Source: an uncultured bacterium
GTDB lineage: Bacteria; Chlamydiota; Chlamydiia; Chlamydiales; JAAKFR01
Length of the DNA stretch: 64,000 nt
Assembly: GCA_964350245.1 (NCBI GenBank)
Contig: CAYGJC010000003.1
Span: forward strand, 24,556 to 88,555
Reading direction: 5' to 3'
Each line of letters opens with the position of its first letter. Position 1 is the first letter of the stretch. A program made the position numbers and the translations under genes. Shown here in pieces: positions 17,889 to 29,880 of the stretch. The notes beneath the pieces are model-generated. The model made no database searches. It was given only the letters and a program-made list of their open reading frames with translations, and was not told where the DNA came from.

Positions 17889-19489
17889 TAGATCAATCTC
17901 CATGCACGTCCATCGCGGGCCATCATCTCATCTGCAGCCTTCGGCCCCCACGATCCTGAAGGGTAGTTGGGGAAATCACTTGGTGCACTCTCATGCCATC
18001 GATCGAGAACAGGTGTGATCCACTTCCACGAGGTCAGTACCTCGTCTCCGCGGGCAAAGAGGGTCCCATCACCCAGCATACAGTCGCAAATCAGTCGCTC
18101 ATATGCCTCCGGCGGAGTTAAACCGAAATAGGAGCCATAACGAAAATCCATTTTAACCGGCTGAATGGGGCTGCTAGGTCCCGGTACCTTACAGTTGATT
18201 CGCAGGGAAATCCCTTCATCAGGCTGAATCCGAATGACCAGAACGTTATGCTCATTTTTCTGATTCTTCTGCGTGAAGAGAATGCCAGGCACTTCTTTAA
18301 AAGTGATGGCAATCTCAGTTGCACGCTTCGGAAGCCTTTTGCCGGCACGTAGATAAAAGGGAACACCCGACCACCGCCAGTTGTCGATATAAAGCTTCAA
18401 GGCAGCGAAGGTCTCCATAGGGGACTCGGGGCTGACATTATTCTCTTCCCGGTATCCAATCACCGGTTTTCCATCTACAAAACCCGGAGCATATTGACCA
18501 CGAACAACATAATGGCTGAAGTTCTCCATATCAATTGGACGCAACGCTTTGACTACTTTGACCTTCTCATCCCGAATCGCCTCAGCTGTCAGGCTCGAAG
18601 GTGGCTCCATAGCAGTCAGGCAGAGAAGCTGCATCATGTGGTTTTGCACAATATCGCGTAAAATTCCCGCTTCCTCATAAAAGGCGCCACGCGTTCCAAT
18701 GCCAATTTCTTCACCCACCGTAATTTGAACATGATCAATGTAGTGGTTGTTCCAAAAAGACTCAAAAATCGAGTTAGCAAAACGGAAAACAAGTAAGTTT
18801 TGAACCGTCTCCTTTCCAAGGTAGTGATCGATCCGGTAGATCTGCGATTCTGCAAGATGATTTAAAACAAACTGCTGCAGTTCTACACCGGAGGTGTAAT
18901 CGTGACCAAACGGTTTTTCGATGATCACACGCGACCACTTTTCTTTTTCTTTGCCTGTATCATAGATGAGGCCATGCTTACCCAAATGCTCAATAATAGT
19001 GGGAAAAAAGCTGGGCTGCGTGGAGAGATAGAAAATGCGATTTCCTTTTGTTCCATGCTGCTTATCCAGATCTTCTAAGAACTTACGTAGCGAATCATAC
19101 CCATCATCTTCGTCAAAATTGGAAGTGTGATAGTAAATTTGATTGGTGAAAGAAGACCATAGATTTTCATCGACCGGCTTTACTCGAGAAAATTGACCCA
19201 CAGCATCATGCATTTCTTGTCGAAACGCATCGTGATTTTTTTGCCTTCTGGCAAAACCCACACACGCAAAGTGATTGGGAAGCTGTCCCTCTCGCGCTAA
19301 GTTATAGAGGGCTGGGAAGAGTTTACGGGCCGTTAAGTCTCCTGTGGCTCCAAAGATCACCACAATACAGGGGTCGACCACCTTTGCCGACTTAGATTCT
19401 TCTTCTAGAGGACTTTGAAACATGGCGCCTTTATTTTCATCGAGTGTAATTGTCGTAATATCAGGAATGACATGGGTGTGTTCTTGCAT
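17888..19489 (-). CDS. zwf: glucose-6-phosphate 1-dehydrogenase
   Basis: VIFGATGDLTARKL, EKPFGHD, RIDHYLGKE. Confidence 0.95.
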   Translation of the reverse strand: MQEHTHVIPDITTITLDENKGAMFQSPLEEESKSAKVVDPCIVVIFGATGDLTARKLFPALYNLAREGQLPNHFACVGFARRQKNHDAFRQEMHDAVGQFSRVKPVDENLWSSFTNQIYYHTSNFDEDDGYDSLRKFLEDLDKQHGTKGNRIFYLSTQPSFFPTIIEHLGKHGLIYDTGKEKEKWSRVIIEKPFGHDYTSGVELQQFVLNHLAESQIYRIDHYLGKETVQNLLVFRFANSIFESFWNNHYIDHVQITVGEEIGIGTRGAFYEEAGILRDIVQNHMMQLLCLTAMEPPSSLTAEAIRDEKVKVVKALRPIDMENFSHYVVRGQYAPGFVDGKPVIGYREENNVSPESPMETFAALKLYIDNWRWSGVPFYLRAGKRLPKRATEIAITFKEVPGILFTQKNQKNEHNVLVIRIQPDEGISLRINCKVPGPSSPIQPVKMDFRYGSYFGLTPPEAYERLICDCMLGDGTLFARGDEVLTSWKWITPVLDRWHESAPSDFPNYPSGSWGPKAADEMMARDGRAWRLI

Positions 19490-19579
19490 AGAGACCTAAT
19501 TCAGTTATCAAATTATTTACAATAGGCGTACCTTTTTTGCTTTTTGCATGCAAGAACTATACGCCTATTGTTGATCTAT

Positions 19580-19879
19580 CTACTCGATACCAGTCGCATC
19601 ACCAGAGTCGAGTTGACCCAATGGCTGACCGTCATACCTTCTATAACCTCTCCCTTCAGTAGGAGAAACTTGACTCCCTTGCTGCTGAGCCTGTCGAATT
19701 TGATTCAGGACCCAATCGCGATCAACCAGATTAAACTGTCTAATTTTTTGCTCGACAAGGTCGTTAATCCAAATCTTATCTTCTCGAGATAAGTTTGTTG
19801 GGCCGCTCGGAGACAGATATGTGTCACCAAGCGCGATAGAGCTTGTTAATGTTAAAAGTGCAATCAACATACTTTTCAT
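19580..19879 (-). CDS. small secreted hypothetical protein
   Basis: ATG 19879 is preceded by GGAGG. MKSMLIALLTLTSSIALG is a signal peptide. No family recognised. Confidence 0.55.
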   Translation of the reverse strand: MKSMLIALLTLTSSIALGDTYLSPSGPTNLSREDKIWINDLVEQKIRQFNLVDRDWVLNQIRQAQQQGSQVSPTEGRGYRRYDGQPLGQLDSGDATGIE

Positions 19880-19944
19880 CGTCAAAACCTCCGTTTATTC
19901 CTTCATTGATTATCACAAGATTTTACGTAAAGAAAAATGGAGAC

Positions 19945-22668
<2,724 letters not shown>

Positions 22669-22819
22669 GTCCAACACGATAACTTAAACGAAGCATCATA
22701 CTAAAAAAGGTTTTTAATCGCAACAACAAGAACCGCAATTAGTAACAAAACTATTTTTTAATAACTATAAAATGAGTTAGAATAAATTTAATTGATAAAC
22801 GATTTTTATAGGTTTTATT

Positions 22820-23431
22820 ATGAGTTTTTTCCCAAACAAATTGCTACTAAACATTCTTGCGTGTGGTTTGGTTCTTTCCTGTCCACTTCAGGGTGCAACA
22901 AATGGTGCAGAGACAAAAGAGGCATGGAAGACCTTTAGCTCTTCTGAAGATGGTTTTTCTGTTGATCTTCCTGCCGAGCCTGAACATGTGGAACAGACCA
23001 TTGAGATTCCAAAAACTGATTTGAAGATCAATTACAACACCTACTTAAGTGAGCCGAGCGAAAATGTTGTGTATGTGATTTCTGTTTGGAACTACCCCTC
23101 TCAAATCGACATGTCCAAACCAGAAGTGAATCTTCAAGACGGTTTTGGCGGCATGCTTTCTGCTTTACCCGGTTCTGAGGTCGCGGATATGCAGATGTCA
23201 GAGGTGGACGGTTTCAAAGCGCTTGAATTTCAAGTCAAAAATGAAGACATCTTTTTTCAAGGAAAGTTGATCTTAGTGAACAACACTCTCTACCAGGTCT
23301 TCACAGTCTATAAAAACACAGAAGATATGAGCGAAGACTACAAACGGTTCATGGACTCCTTTAAGCTACTCAACCCAGAGAAGCGTAAAGTGGCACCCTC
23401 AAACGGTAGCCAAAAGAAACTAAACGTCTAG
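22820..23431 (+). CDS. secreted hypothetical protein (203 aa)
   Basis: N-terminal signal-like LLLNILACGLVLSCPLQG. No family recognised. Confidence 0.6.
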   Translation: MSFFPNKLLLNILACGLVLSCPLQGATNGAETKEAWKTFSSSEDGFSVDLPAEPEHVEQTIEIPKTDLKINYNTYLSEPSENVVYVISVWNYPSQIDMSKPEVNLQDGFGGMLSALPGSEVADMQMSEVDGFKALEFQVKNEDIFFQGKLILVNNTLYQVFTVYKNTEDMSEDYKRFMDSFKLLNPEKRKVAPSNGSQKKLNV

Positions 23432-23438
23432 TTAGATG

Positions 23439-23467
23439 AGCGGGAAGCTCCACCGGGACTTCCCGCT
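23439..23467. terminator. hairpin between convergent genes (AGCGGGAAG - 11 nt - CTTCCCGCT)
   Basis: 9-bp GC-rich stem read from the sequence. It lies between the stops at 23431 (+) and 23473 (-). There is no clean U-tract. Confidence 0.45.
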
Positions 23468-23472
23468 TATCA

Positions 23473-23958
23473 TTAAAGTGCCTTACCATACACCTTTTTT
23501 TCCCACCAATAATCGATCGAAAAAAATCCCGGTCCAAAACAGAGGACCAGCAGTGAAGCGTACAAGTAGAGAAATGGCTCTTCCATAATGAAAAGCGAGG
23601 GGCTCACAAAGAAATTAATCAACGCCGCTTGATGAGCCGTCGCGTAAGCCACAAAGAAAAGAATCACCAGTGCAATGGAAAAAAGCCGAGAGAAGAGGCC
23701 CAAAAAGAGTGAAGCGCCTCCCAGCAGCTCAAAAACTCCCACAAAGTAGGCTGTAAAAAGGGGAGCCGGAAGATGGATCGAGGCAAAAAAATCGGCCACA
23801 CCCTCAATATTCATTAATTTTCCAAACCCTGTCATCACAAGTAATCCACCCCAGTAGAGCCGGATAACAAGGAGTAAAAAGTGGCCGATACCACGCTCTC
23901 CTCTGGTGATTCCGTGGTAAAAACGCTTGAGCCACCCATCGTGAGCTGTCTGATCCAT
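23473..23958 (-). CDS. DoxX-family membrane protein
   Basis: LVIRLYWGGLLVMTGFGKL...FFASIHLPAP..FAYFVGVFELLGGASLFLGLFSR. Start set at ATG 23958 (MDQTAHDGW). Confidence 0.7.
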   Translation of the reverse strand: MDQTAHDGWLKRFYHGITRGERGIGHFLLLVIRLYWGGLLVMTGFGKLMNIEGVADFFASIHLPAPLFTAYFVGVFELLGGASLFLGLFSRLFSIALVILFFVAYATAHQAALINFFVSPSLFIMEEPFLYLYASLLVLCFGPGFFSIDYWWEKKVYGKAL

Positions 23959-24110
23959 TAGTCCTCCAAATATTAAGATAATGTAAATATTTTCTAATTT
24001 CCCTCTATTTTTGATACTAGAGCTCAAAAATTTAGGCAACCATCAACTATTTTATTCAAACTTAACATTTAGGTGTTAAAATTATTCATATAATTTAATA
24101 GGAGAGAGTT

Positions 24111-25106
24111 ATGTTTGATATTTCATCAATGAGAGCCGGGGGTAACTTTCCAATAAAACAGTCATCCGACTACACCTTCGCTGGTATGAATGCATTGGCT
24201 GTTGTTGCCATACTCGGTCTCTTTGCCCTAGCTTCCACTCATCCTGGAACAAATGCTTTTTATGCCTTGATAGGCGGAGAAACAGCGACCGTTGCTGCCC
24301 TAGCGGCAGCCATCGGAATCCGTGTGCGCTCTTCCATCAAAGATCAGCATAAGCCGGCCGAATCTAATCCACAAAAAAAGGAAGAGAGCGTTGAACAAAC
24401 CCCAGACACTTCTCCCGAGGCTAAAGCCGCTTTTCTTCGTCAAATTTCTACTGCCGAACCTGTCCAGGTGAACAGACGCGGGCTTCTCCAAGAGATTCTT
24501 AAACAGCCGGCCGGGCTGGAAGAAGCCACTAAGCGTGAACTCGCATCTGCTTCTATGTACATGATCAATGGACAGCCCATTGACCTTAAAAACACGGAAT
24601 TCGCAGAGAAACTAGCTGGCATTACTGATCGTGCTGCTGATGTCATGGAGATTGTAAAAAAGAGTGCTGACCCCGTTTTTATTCGGCAAAAATTAGATGG
24701 ATTTGAGAAAAAAGATGAAATCATGGCTCTTTACACAGAGTGTCGGGCTCAAGCGGTTCAACAGGCACTCAATACTTCCTTTGCCCGCTACGTGATCAAT
24801 CAAATCATAGTATCTGATCTCATGGCTGAATTGCACAAACGCTACACAGACGTTGATTTGGATATTTTCTGCAAACAAAGAGAACAATCCAAGGCTTCTA
24901 GCGCAAATACCTCATTTAATGTACACTATGTGAATCTTCAAGAGCATGTGACAATCGAGCAATGCTTTGAAATTAGTGATACTAGCGAAACCAACTACTA
25001 TGTAAAGGGCACCCTTAAGCTCAATCTACAAACAGGTGATGCAGTCATAACATGGACAAAACCTCAAACCGATCCGATCTCGTTGACAAAGCAAGTGCAA
25101 GCTTAA
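24111..25106 (+). CDS. hypothetical membrane protein with an N-proximal bilobed hydrophobic domain (Inc-like)
   Basis: MNALAVVAILGLFALAS-THPGTN-AFYALIGGETATVAALAAAIGI forms a two-TM hairpin. The rest is hydrophilic. TATAAT at 24089-24094 and GGAGAG lie before the ATG. Confidence 0.6.
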   Translation: MFDISSMRAGGNFPIKQSSDYTFAGMNALAVVAILGLFALASTHPGTNAFYALIGGETATVAALAAAIGIRVRSSIKDQHKPAESNPQKKEESVEQTPDTSPEAKAAFLRQISTAEPVQVNRRGLLQEILKQPAGLEEATKRELASASMYMINGQPIDLKNTEFAEKLAGITDRAADVMEIVKKSADPVFIRQKLDGFEKKDEIMALYTECRAQAVQQALNTSFARYVINQIIVSDLMAELHKRYTDVDLDIFCKQREQSKASSANTSFNVHYVNLQEHVTIEQCFEISDTSETNYYVKGTLKLNLQTGDAVITWTKPQTDPISLTKQVQA

Positions 25107-25927
25107 AAAGAGGAGAGCCCGTCGCGTTTCCAACAGAAACGGTCTATGGACTGGGCGCTCCTGTTTTTTCTCCCAAAACCATCCAAAAAATCTATGCGCT
25201 GAAAAAACGGCCTCAGGATAACCCTCTCATTGTTCATATCTCTAACTTTGAACAACTAGGTCTGATTGTGGAGAGCTACCCCGAAGAATTAGCGCGCCAC
25301 TTCTGGCCGGGTCCGCTCACTCTCATTCTCCCCAAAAAAGTGTGTGTCCCTTCTATTGTCTCGGCCGGACTCCCTACGATTGGGGTGCGGATGCCCGCAC
25401 ATCCTTTGGCTTTGGAACTGATAGAAGCAGTAGGAGAGCCGCTTGTCGCTCCCTCTGCCAACCTATCCGGCCGCCCCAGCTGTACCACGGCCGCTCATGT
25501 GCACCAAGACTTTGGAGAAGAGCTTTTGGTTCTGGATGGAGGTCCATGTAAGCAGGGACTTGAATCCACGGTTCTCTCGCTAGACCCTCTGATGATTCTA
25601 CGCCCCGGTTCGATCACCAAAGAAGAGCTGGAGCACTTTATCGGCAAACCGATCGGGATTGCGGAGGGAGAGTGCCACCAACCAATGGCACCGGGAATGA
25701 AGTACCAACACTACGCTCCACGGGCGCACGTTCGTCTTGTCTCGCCTGATGAGAAGGTAGGGCCGGCCCCTAAACGTTTAATCCTCCACTCGATTGAACC
25801 TGCTGAGTTGTATGCGGTGTTCCGCGCGGCAGATGAGAGAGGAGTTGAGGAAATCGTGGTCGTTTGTGACGCTTCGATGCAGTCAAATGCGGCGCTCATG
25901 AATCGATTAATTCGTGCTGCACATTAA
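25052..25927 (+). CDS. tsaC: L-threonylcarbamoyladenylate synthase (Sua5/YrdC/TsaC family)
   Basis: KRGEPVAFPTETVYGLGA, PLIVHI, APSANLSGRPS. It overlaps the upstream ORF by 55 nt. Confidence 0.88.
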   Translation: MDKTSNRSDLVDKASASLKRGEPVAFPTETVYGLGAPVFSPKTIQKIYALKKRPQDNPLIVHISNFEQLGLIVESYPEELARHFWPGPLTLILPKKVCVPSIVSAGLPTIGVRMPAHPLALELIEAVGEPLVAPSANLSGRPSCTTAAHVHQDFGEELLVLDGGPCKQGLESTVLSLDPLMILRPGSITKEELEHFIGKPIGIAEGECHQPMAPGMKYQHYAPRAHVRLVSPDEKVGPAPKRLILHSIEPAELYAVFRAADERGVEEIVVVCDASMQSNAALMNRLIRAAH

Positions 25928-25972
25928 TCCCTTTTTTGCTACGTTCTGGACTTGCATCTATGGAGGTTTGGT

Positions 25973-27913
25973 ATGGGGCAGAACGTTGCGCAGAAGTTAA
26001 TTGAGAGCCATCTGGTTGAGGGAAAGATGGAAATCGGTGAGGAGATTGGGCTTAAAATTGATCAAACCCTCACTCAAGATGCCACAGGCACCATGGTGAT
26101 GCTGGAACTTGAGGCGATGAATATCGAGCGCGCGCAAACAGACGTCTCTGTCCAATATGTTGACCATAACATCCTTCAAAATGACTTTAAAAACGCTGAG
26201 GACCACCTTTTTCTAAGAAGCGCCTGCCAGCGTTTTGGGATCTGGTACAGTCGCCCCGGAAATGGGGTGAGTCACCCGATTCATATGGAACGGTTTGGTA
26301 TTCCGGGTAAGACGCTTTTAGGCTCGGATAGCCATACGTGTGCAGCGGGTTCGTTGGGGATGCTGGCGATGGGCGCAGGAGGTCTCGAGGTTGCCTTTGC
26401 CATCGCAGGAGAGCCTTTTCATGTGAAGATGCCAAAGATATGGGGGGTCAAACTAACCGGCTCTCTACCTGACTGGGTAAGTGCCAAAGATGTGATTTTA
26501 GAAATGCTCCGCCGCCATGATGTAGCGGGAGGTGTAGGCAAAATCATTGAGTACTACGGCCCCGGTCTCGATTGTCTCTCCGCCATGGATCGACATGTGA
26601 TTGCTAACATGGGTGCAGAGCTCGGAGCCACAGCCACTGTTTTTCCCTCAGACCAAGAGGTGCGGAGATTCATGAAAAGTCAGCGGCGCGAAGATCAGTG
26701 GAAGGAGCTTGTTGCCGATGCTGGATGCTCCTACGATCTTCATGATGAGATTGATCTTTCTCAACTCGAGCCCCTAATTGCCCTTCCAAGCAGCCCCGGC
26801 AACGTGGTTCCGGTTAAAGAAGTGGAAGGTTTAGAGGTTTTTCAGGTCATGGTAGGCTCGTCTGCCAATCCCGGCTACCGCGATTTTGCTGTTGTAGCCG
26901 AAATGATGGAGGGAAAACGAGCCGTCGATCAAGTTTCTTTCGACATCAATCCGACTTCACGCCAAATTCTCGAAAATCTGGCTCGCAACGGCCACCTAGA
27001 AAAGTTGATCCTATCAGGAGGACGCATCCACCAAGCAGGCTGTAATGGCTGCATTGGGATGGGGCAAGCGCCGGCAAATGGCCGCCCTTCGTTGCGTACG
27101 GTACCGCGAAATTTTCCCGGCAGATCAGGCACCAAAGAGGACTCGGTTTATCTTTGTAGTCCCGAAATCGCCGCCGCCGCTGCGCTTACTGGAAAAGTCA
27201 CCGATCCACGCACACTAAAAATGCCCTATCCTAAAGTCTCCGAGCCCGATGAGCTCCTTATCGATGCAGAGGCCGTTTCACCGCCACCGGCGGACGGACG
27301 GAATCTGGAACTGGATAAGGGAAGCAACATTAAACCTCTCCCACATTTTGAGCCGCTTCCTGCCAGTTTAGAGGGGCCTGTTTTGATCAAAACAGGTGAC
27401 AATGTATCGACAGATGAAATCATGCCTGCCGGTTCAAAAGTGCTTCCTTTCCGCAGCAATATTCCCGCCATTAGTCAGTTTGTCTTCGATCAAGTAGACG
27501 AGACTTATCCAGAGAGAACAAAACCCTACCGCGTTTCGGGTCACTTTATCATCGGTGGTGACAACTACGGACAAGGATCGAGTCGAGAGCACGCGGCAAT
27601 TGCGCCTCGCTATCTCGGTGTGCGTGTGGCTCTGGTGAAAGGATTTGCCCGCATTCATCGGGCTAATTTAACGAATTTTGGTATCGTGCCACTTCTTTTT
27701 GAAAAGCCGACTGATTGGGATAAAATCAGGCAAGACGACATTTTGAGTTTCCCCTATATCCGTGATGAAATTCAAAAAGGAGAGAGTGTGACAGTCAAAA
27801 ATGTCACCCAGGGCTACCACTTTAAGGCCAAGCACAACATGACAGAGCGTGAGCTCCACAATGTGTTAGAAGGGGGGATGATCGGCCGCTATAGAAAGAA
27901 AATGGGGCATTAA
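25973..27913 (+). CDS. aconitase-family hydratase, short (~646 aa) 'Aquifex-type' putative aconitate hydratase
   Basis: IDQTLTQDATG, GSDSHT, CNGCIGMG (cluster ligands), and the C-terminal swivel domain GDNYGQGSSREHAA. ATG 25973 chosen over TTG 25952. Confidence 0.85.
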   Translation: MGQNVAQKLIESHLVEGKMEIGEEIGLKIDQTLTQDATGTMVMLELEAMNIERAQTDVSVQYVDHNILQNDFKNAEDHLFLRSACQRFGIWYSRPGNGVSHPIHMERFGIPGKTLLGSDSHTCAAGSLGMLAMGAGGLEVAFAIAGEPFHVKMPKIWGVKLTGSLPDWVSAKDVILEMLRRHDVAGGVGKIIEYYGPGLDCLSAMDRHVIANMGAELGATATVFPSDQEVRRFMKSQRREDQWKELVADAGCSYDLHDEIDLSQLEPLIALPSSPGNVVPVKEVEGLEVFQVMVGSSANPGYRDFAVVAEMMEGKRAVDQVSFDINPTSRQILENLARNGHLEKLILSGGRIHQAGCNGCIGMGQAPANGRPSLRTVPRNFPGRSGTKEDSVYLCSPEIAAAAALTGKVTDPRTLKMPYPKVSEPDELLIDAEAVSPPPADGRNLELDKGSNIKPLPHFEPLPASLEGPVLIKTGDNVSTDEIMPAGSKVLPFRSNIPAISQFVFDQVDETYPERTKPYRVSGHFIIGGDNYGQGSSREHAAIAPRYLGVRVALVKGFARIHRANLTNFGIVPLLFEKPTDWDKIRQDDILSFPYIRDEIQKGESVTVKNVTQGYHFKAKHNMTERELHNVLEGGMIGRYRKKMGH

Positions 27914-27916
27914 ACT

Positions 27917-28894
27917 ATGCCCATTGTTGATCTTCACTGTGATTTACTGGCTTATCTGGCTCAAAAAGATGAGCGGCATGCTGAAGATGAAGAAATACGC
28001 TGCTCGCTTCCGCGTTTGCGGAAGGGCGATGTGCTTCTGCAAGTGTGTGCTGTCTATACTCAAACAGGCAAGGGGTCTGTTGCCTCAGCTGAAAAGCAGT
28101 TTACCATTTTCCGCACACTTCCCACCCTCCATCCTGAGGGGTTTGCTCGCCTCCAAACGCTCTCTCTGCCTGAGCCGAGTAATCGAGTGCATGTCGTTGC
28201 GGCTATTGAAAATGCCTCCGGACTTTGTTCTGAGAGGGAAAAACTTGAACGCGCTTTTTCACGTCTTGATCAATACCGGAAAACAGCCGGTCCCATTCTT
28301 TATATGAGCTTGACCTGGAATGAAGTGAACCGTTTTGGGGGAGGCAACCACTCAAAAATAGGTCTCAAACGGGATGGAGAGCTGCTTTTGGAATATCTGG
28401 ATGGCAAGAAGATTGCGGTGGATCTCAGCCATACCTCTGATGCTTTAGCTCATGATATTTTGAACTACATCGATGCCAAAGGGCTAGCCATTACTCCGAT
28501 TGCCAGTCATTCCAATTTTCGGAAAATTGCCAACCACCCACGCAATCTTCCTGATGAGCTGGCTAAAGAGGTGATCCGACGTGGAGGGCTGATTGGTCTC
28601 AATTTTGTTAAGCACTTTGTCGGAAAAAACTATCCGGAAGACTTTACCCGCCAAGTGGATTACGCGAGATCTCTTGGTGGCTTTGATCACTATTGCTTTG
28701 GAGCTGACTTTTTCTATGATAAAGACATGCCGATCGCCTATCATCCCTTTATTCCTTTTTTCTATCCTCCCTTTGGTGATTCAGGATGCTACCAAAATCT
28801 CATTGCGCATCTCAATGAGGTCTTCACGAAGCAAGAGCTCGAAAAGATCGCACACCAAAACTTTGCCAACTTTTTAGCCCGGATGAACACATGA
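27917..28894 (+). CDS. membrane-dipeptidase-family (peptidase M19) protein
   Basis: MPIVDLHCDLL.., ..IENASGL.., ..VDLSHTSD.., ..ASHSNFR.., ..GADFF match the M19 motif order. Confidence 0.75.
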   Translation: MPIVDLHCDLLAYLAQKDERHAEDEEIRCSLPRLRKGDVLLQVCAVYTQTGKGSVASAEKQFTIFRTLPTLHPEGFARLQTLSLPEPSNRVHVVAAIENASGLCSEREKLERAFSRLDQYRKTAGPILYMSLTWNEVNRFGGGNHSKIGLKRDGELLLEYLDGKKIAVDLSHTSDALAHDILNYIDAKGLAITPIASHSNFRKIANHPRNLPDELAKEVIRRGGLIGLNFVKHFVGKNYPEDFTRQVDYARSLGGFDHYCFGADFFYDKDMPIAYHPFIPFFYPPFGDSGCYQNLIAHLNEVFTKQELEKIAHQNFANFLARMNT

Positions 28895-29880
28895 TTATAG
28901 CTGGAGATATTGGAGGAACCAAAACAAATCTTGCTCTATTTGAAGCAGATGAAGGCAAATATGCCTTTTCTCATCTCATGAAATTTCCCAGTCAAAAGTA
29001 CTCTGACTTAAAAACAATTGTGAAAGAGTTCATGCAGAGCTGCAAGCAAAGTGGGGAGGTGCGTGCTGCTTGTTTTGCCATTGCGGGGCCTGTGAAAGAG
29101 GGAGTGTGCAAGGCTACCAATCTCCCATGGATTGTAGAAGCAAAAGAGCTCGCGCGTGCGTTAAATATTCCCCAGGTTTTTTTGATTAATGATCTAGAAG
29201 CCAATGCGTATGCAATTGAGATTTTGAGCCCCGATAATCTCTTCGAACTCTACCCAGGTAAAGGAACGCCTCAAGGCAATCGAGCCGTGGTCTCGCCGGG
29301 AACGGGGCTGGGAGAGGCCGGTCTCTATTGGGATGGCAAAGAGCACCGCCCTTTTGCCACAGAGGGGGGACACTGTGAGTTTGGCCCCCGCAACGAGCTG
29401 CAAATCGATTTTTGCCGCTATATCTATAAAAAGTTTGGACACGCTTCCTATGAGCGTGCACTCTCCGGACCGGGGTTACACAACATCTACACTTTTTTCC
29501 GTGATGAAATGCAGCTTCAAGAGCCCGCGTGGCTTGCTGATGAGCTAAAGCAAGAGGATCCTGCCAAGGTGATCACGCAAAATGCACTAAACGAAAAATC
29601 AGAAACATGTCTCCAAGCATTAAATTTCTTTGTTTCCGTCTTAGGCGCTGAATCGAGTAATACCGTCCTTAAATTCATGGCATTAGGGGGCGTTTACCTT
29701 GGAGGTGGGATTCCGCCAAAGATCTTGCCCAAATTGAAAGAACCTCTCTTTTTAGAAAGCTTCGTCGACAAAGGAAGGTTTCGAGAGCTGCTTGAAGCGG
29801 TTCCGATTCGTGTGATTTTGGATGATAAAGCTAGTCTGAAGGGGGCGGCGCACTACTGTCGGATGCATGCAGCATCCTAA
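28891..29880 (+). CDS. glk: glucokinase
   Basis: IIAGDIGGTKTNLALF, EGGH, GGVYLGGGI. ATGA overlap with the dipeptidase stop. Confidence 0.88.
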   Translation: MIIAGDIGGTKTNLALFEADEGKYAFSHLMKFPSQKYSDLKTIVKEFMQSCKQSGEVRAACFAIAGPVKEGVCKATNLPWIVEAKELARALNIPQVFLINDLEANAYAIEILSPDNLFELYPGKGTPQGNRAVVSPGTGLGEAGLYWDGKEHRPFATEGGHCEFGPRNELQIDFCRYIYKKFGHASYERALSGPGLHNIYTFFRDEMQLQEPAWLADELKQEDPAKVITQNALNEKSETCLQALNFFVSVLGAESSNTVLKFMALGGVYLGGGIPPKILPKLKEPLFLESFVDKGRFRELLEAVPIRVILDDKASLKGAAHYCRMHAAS

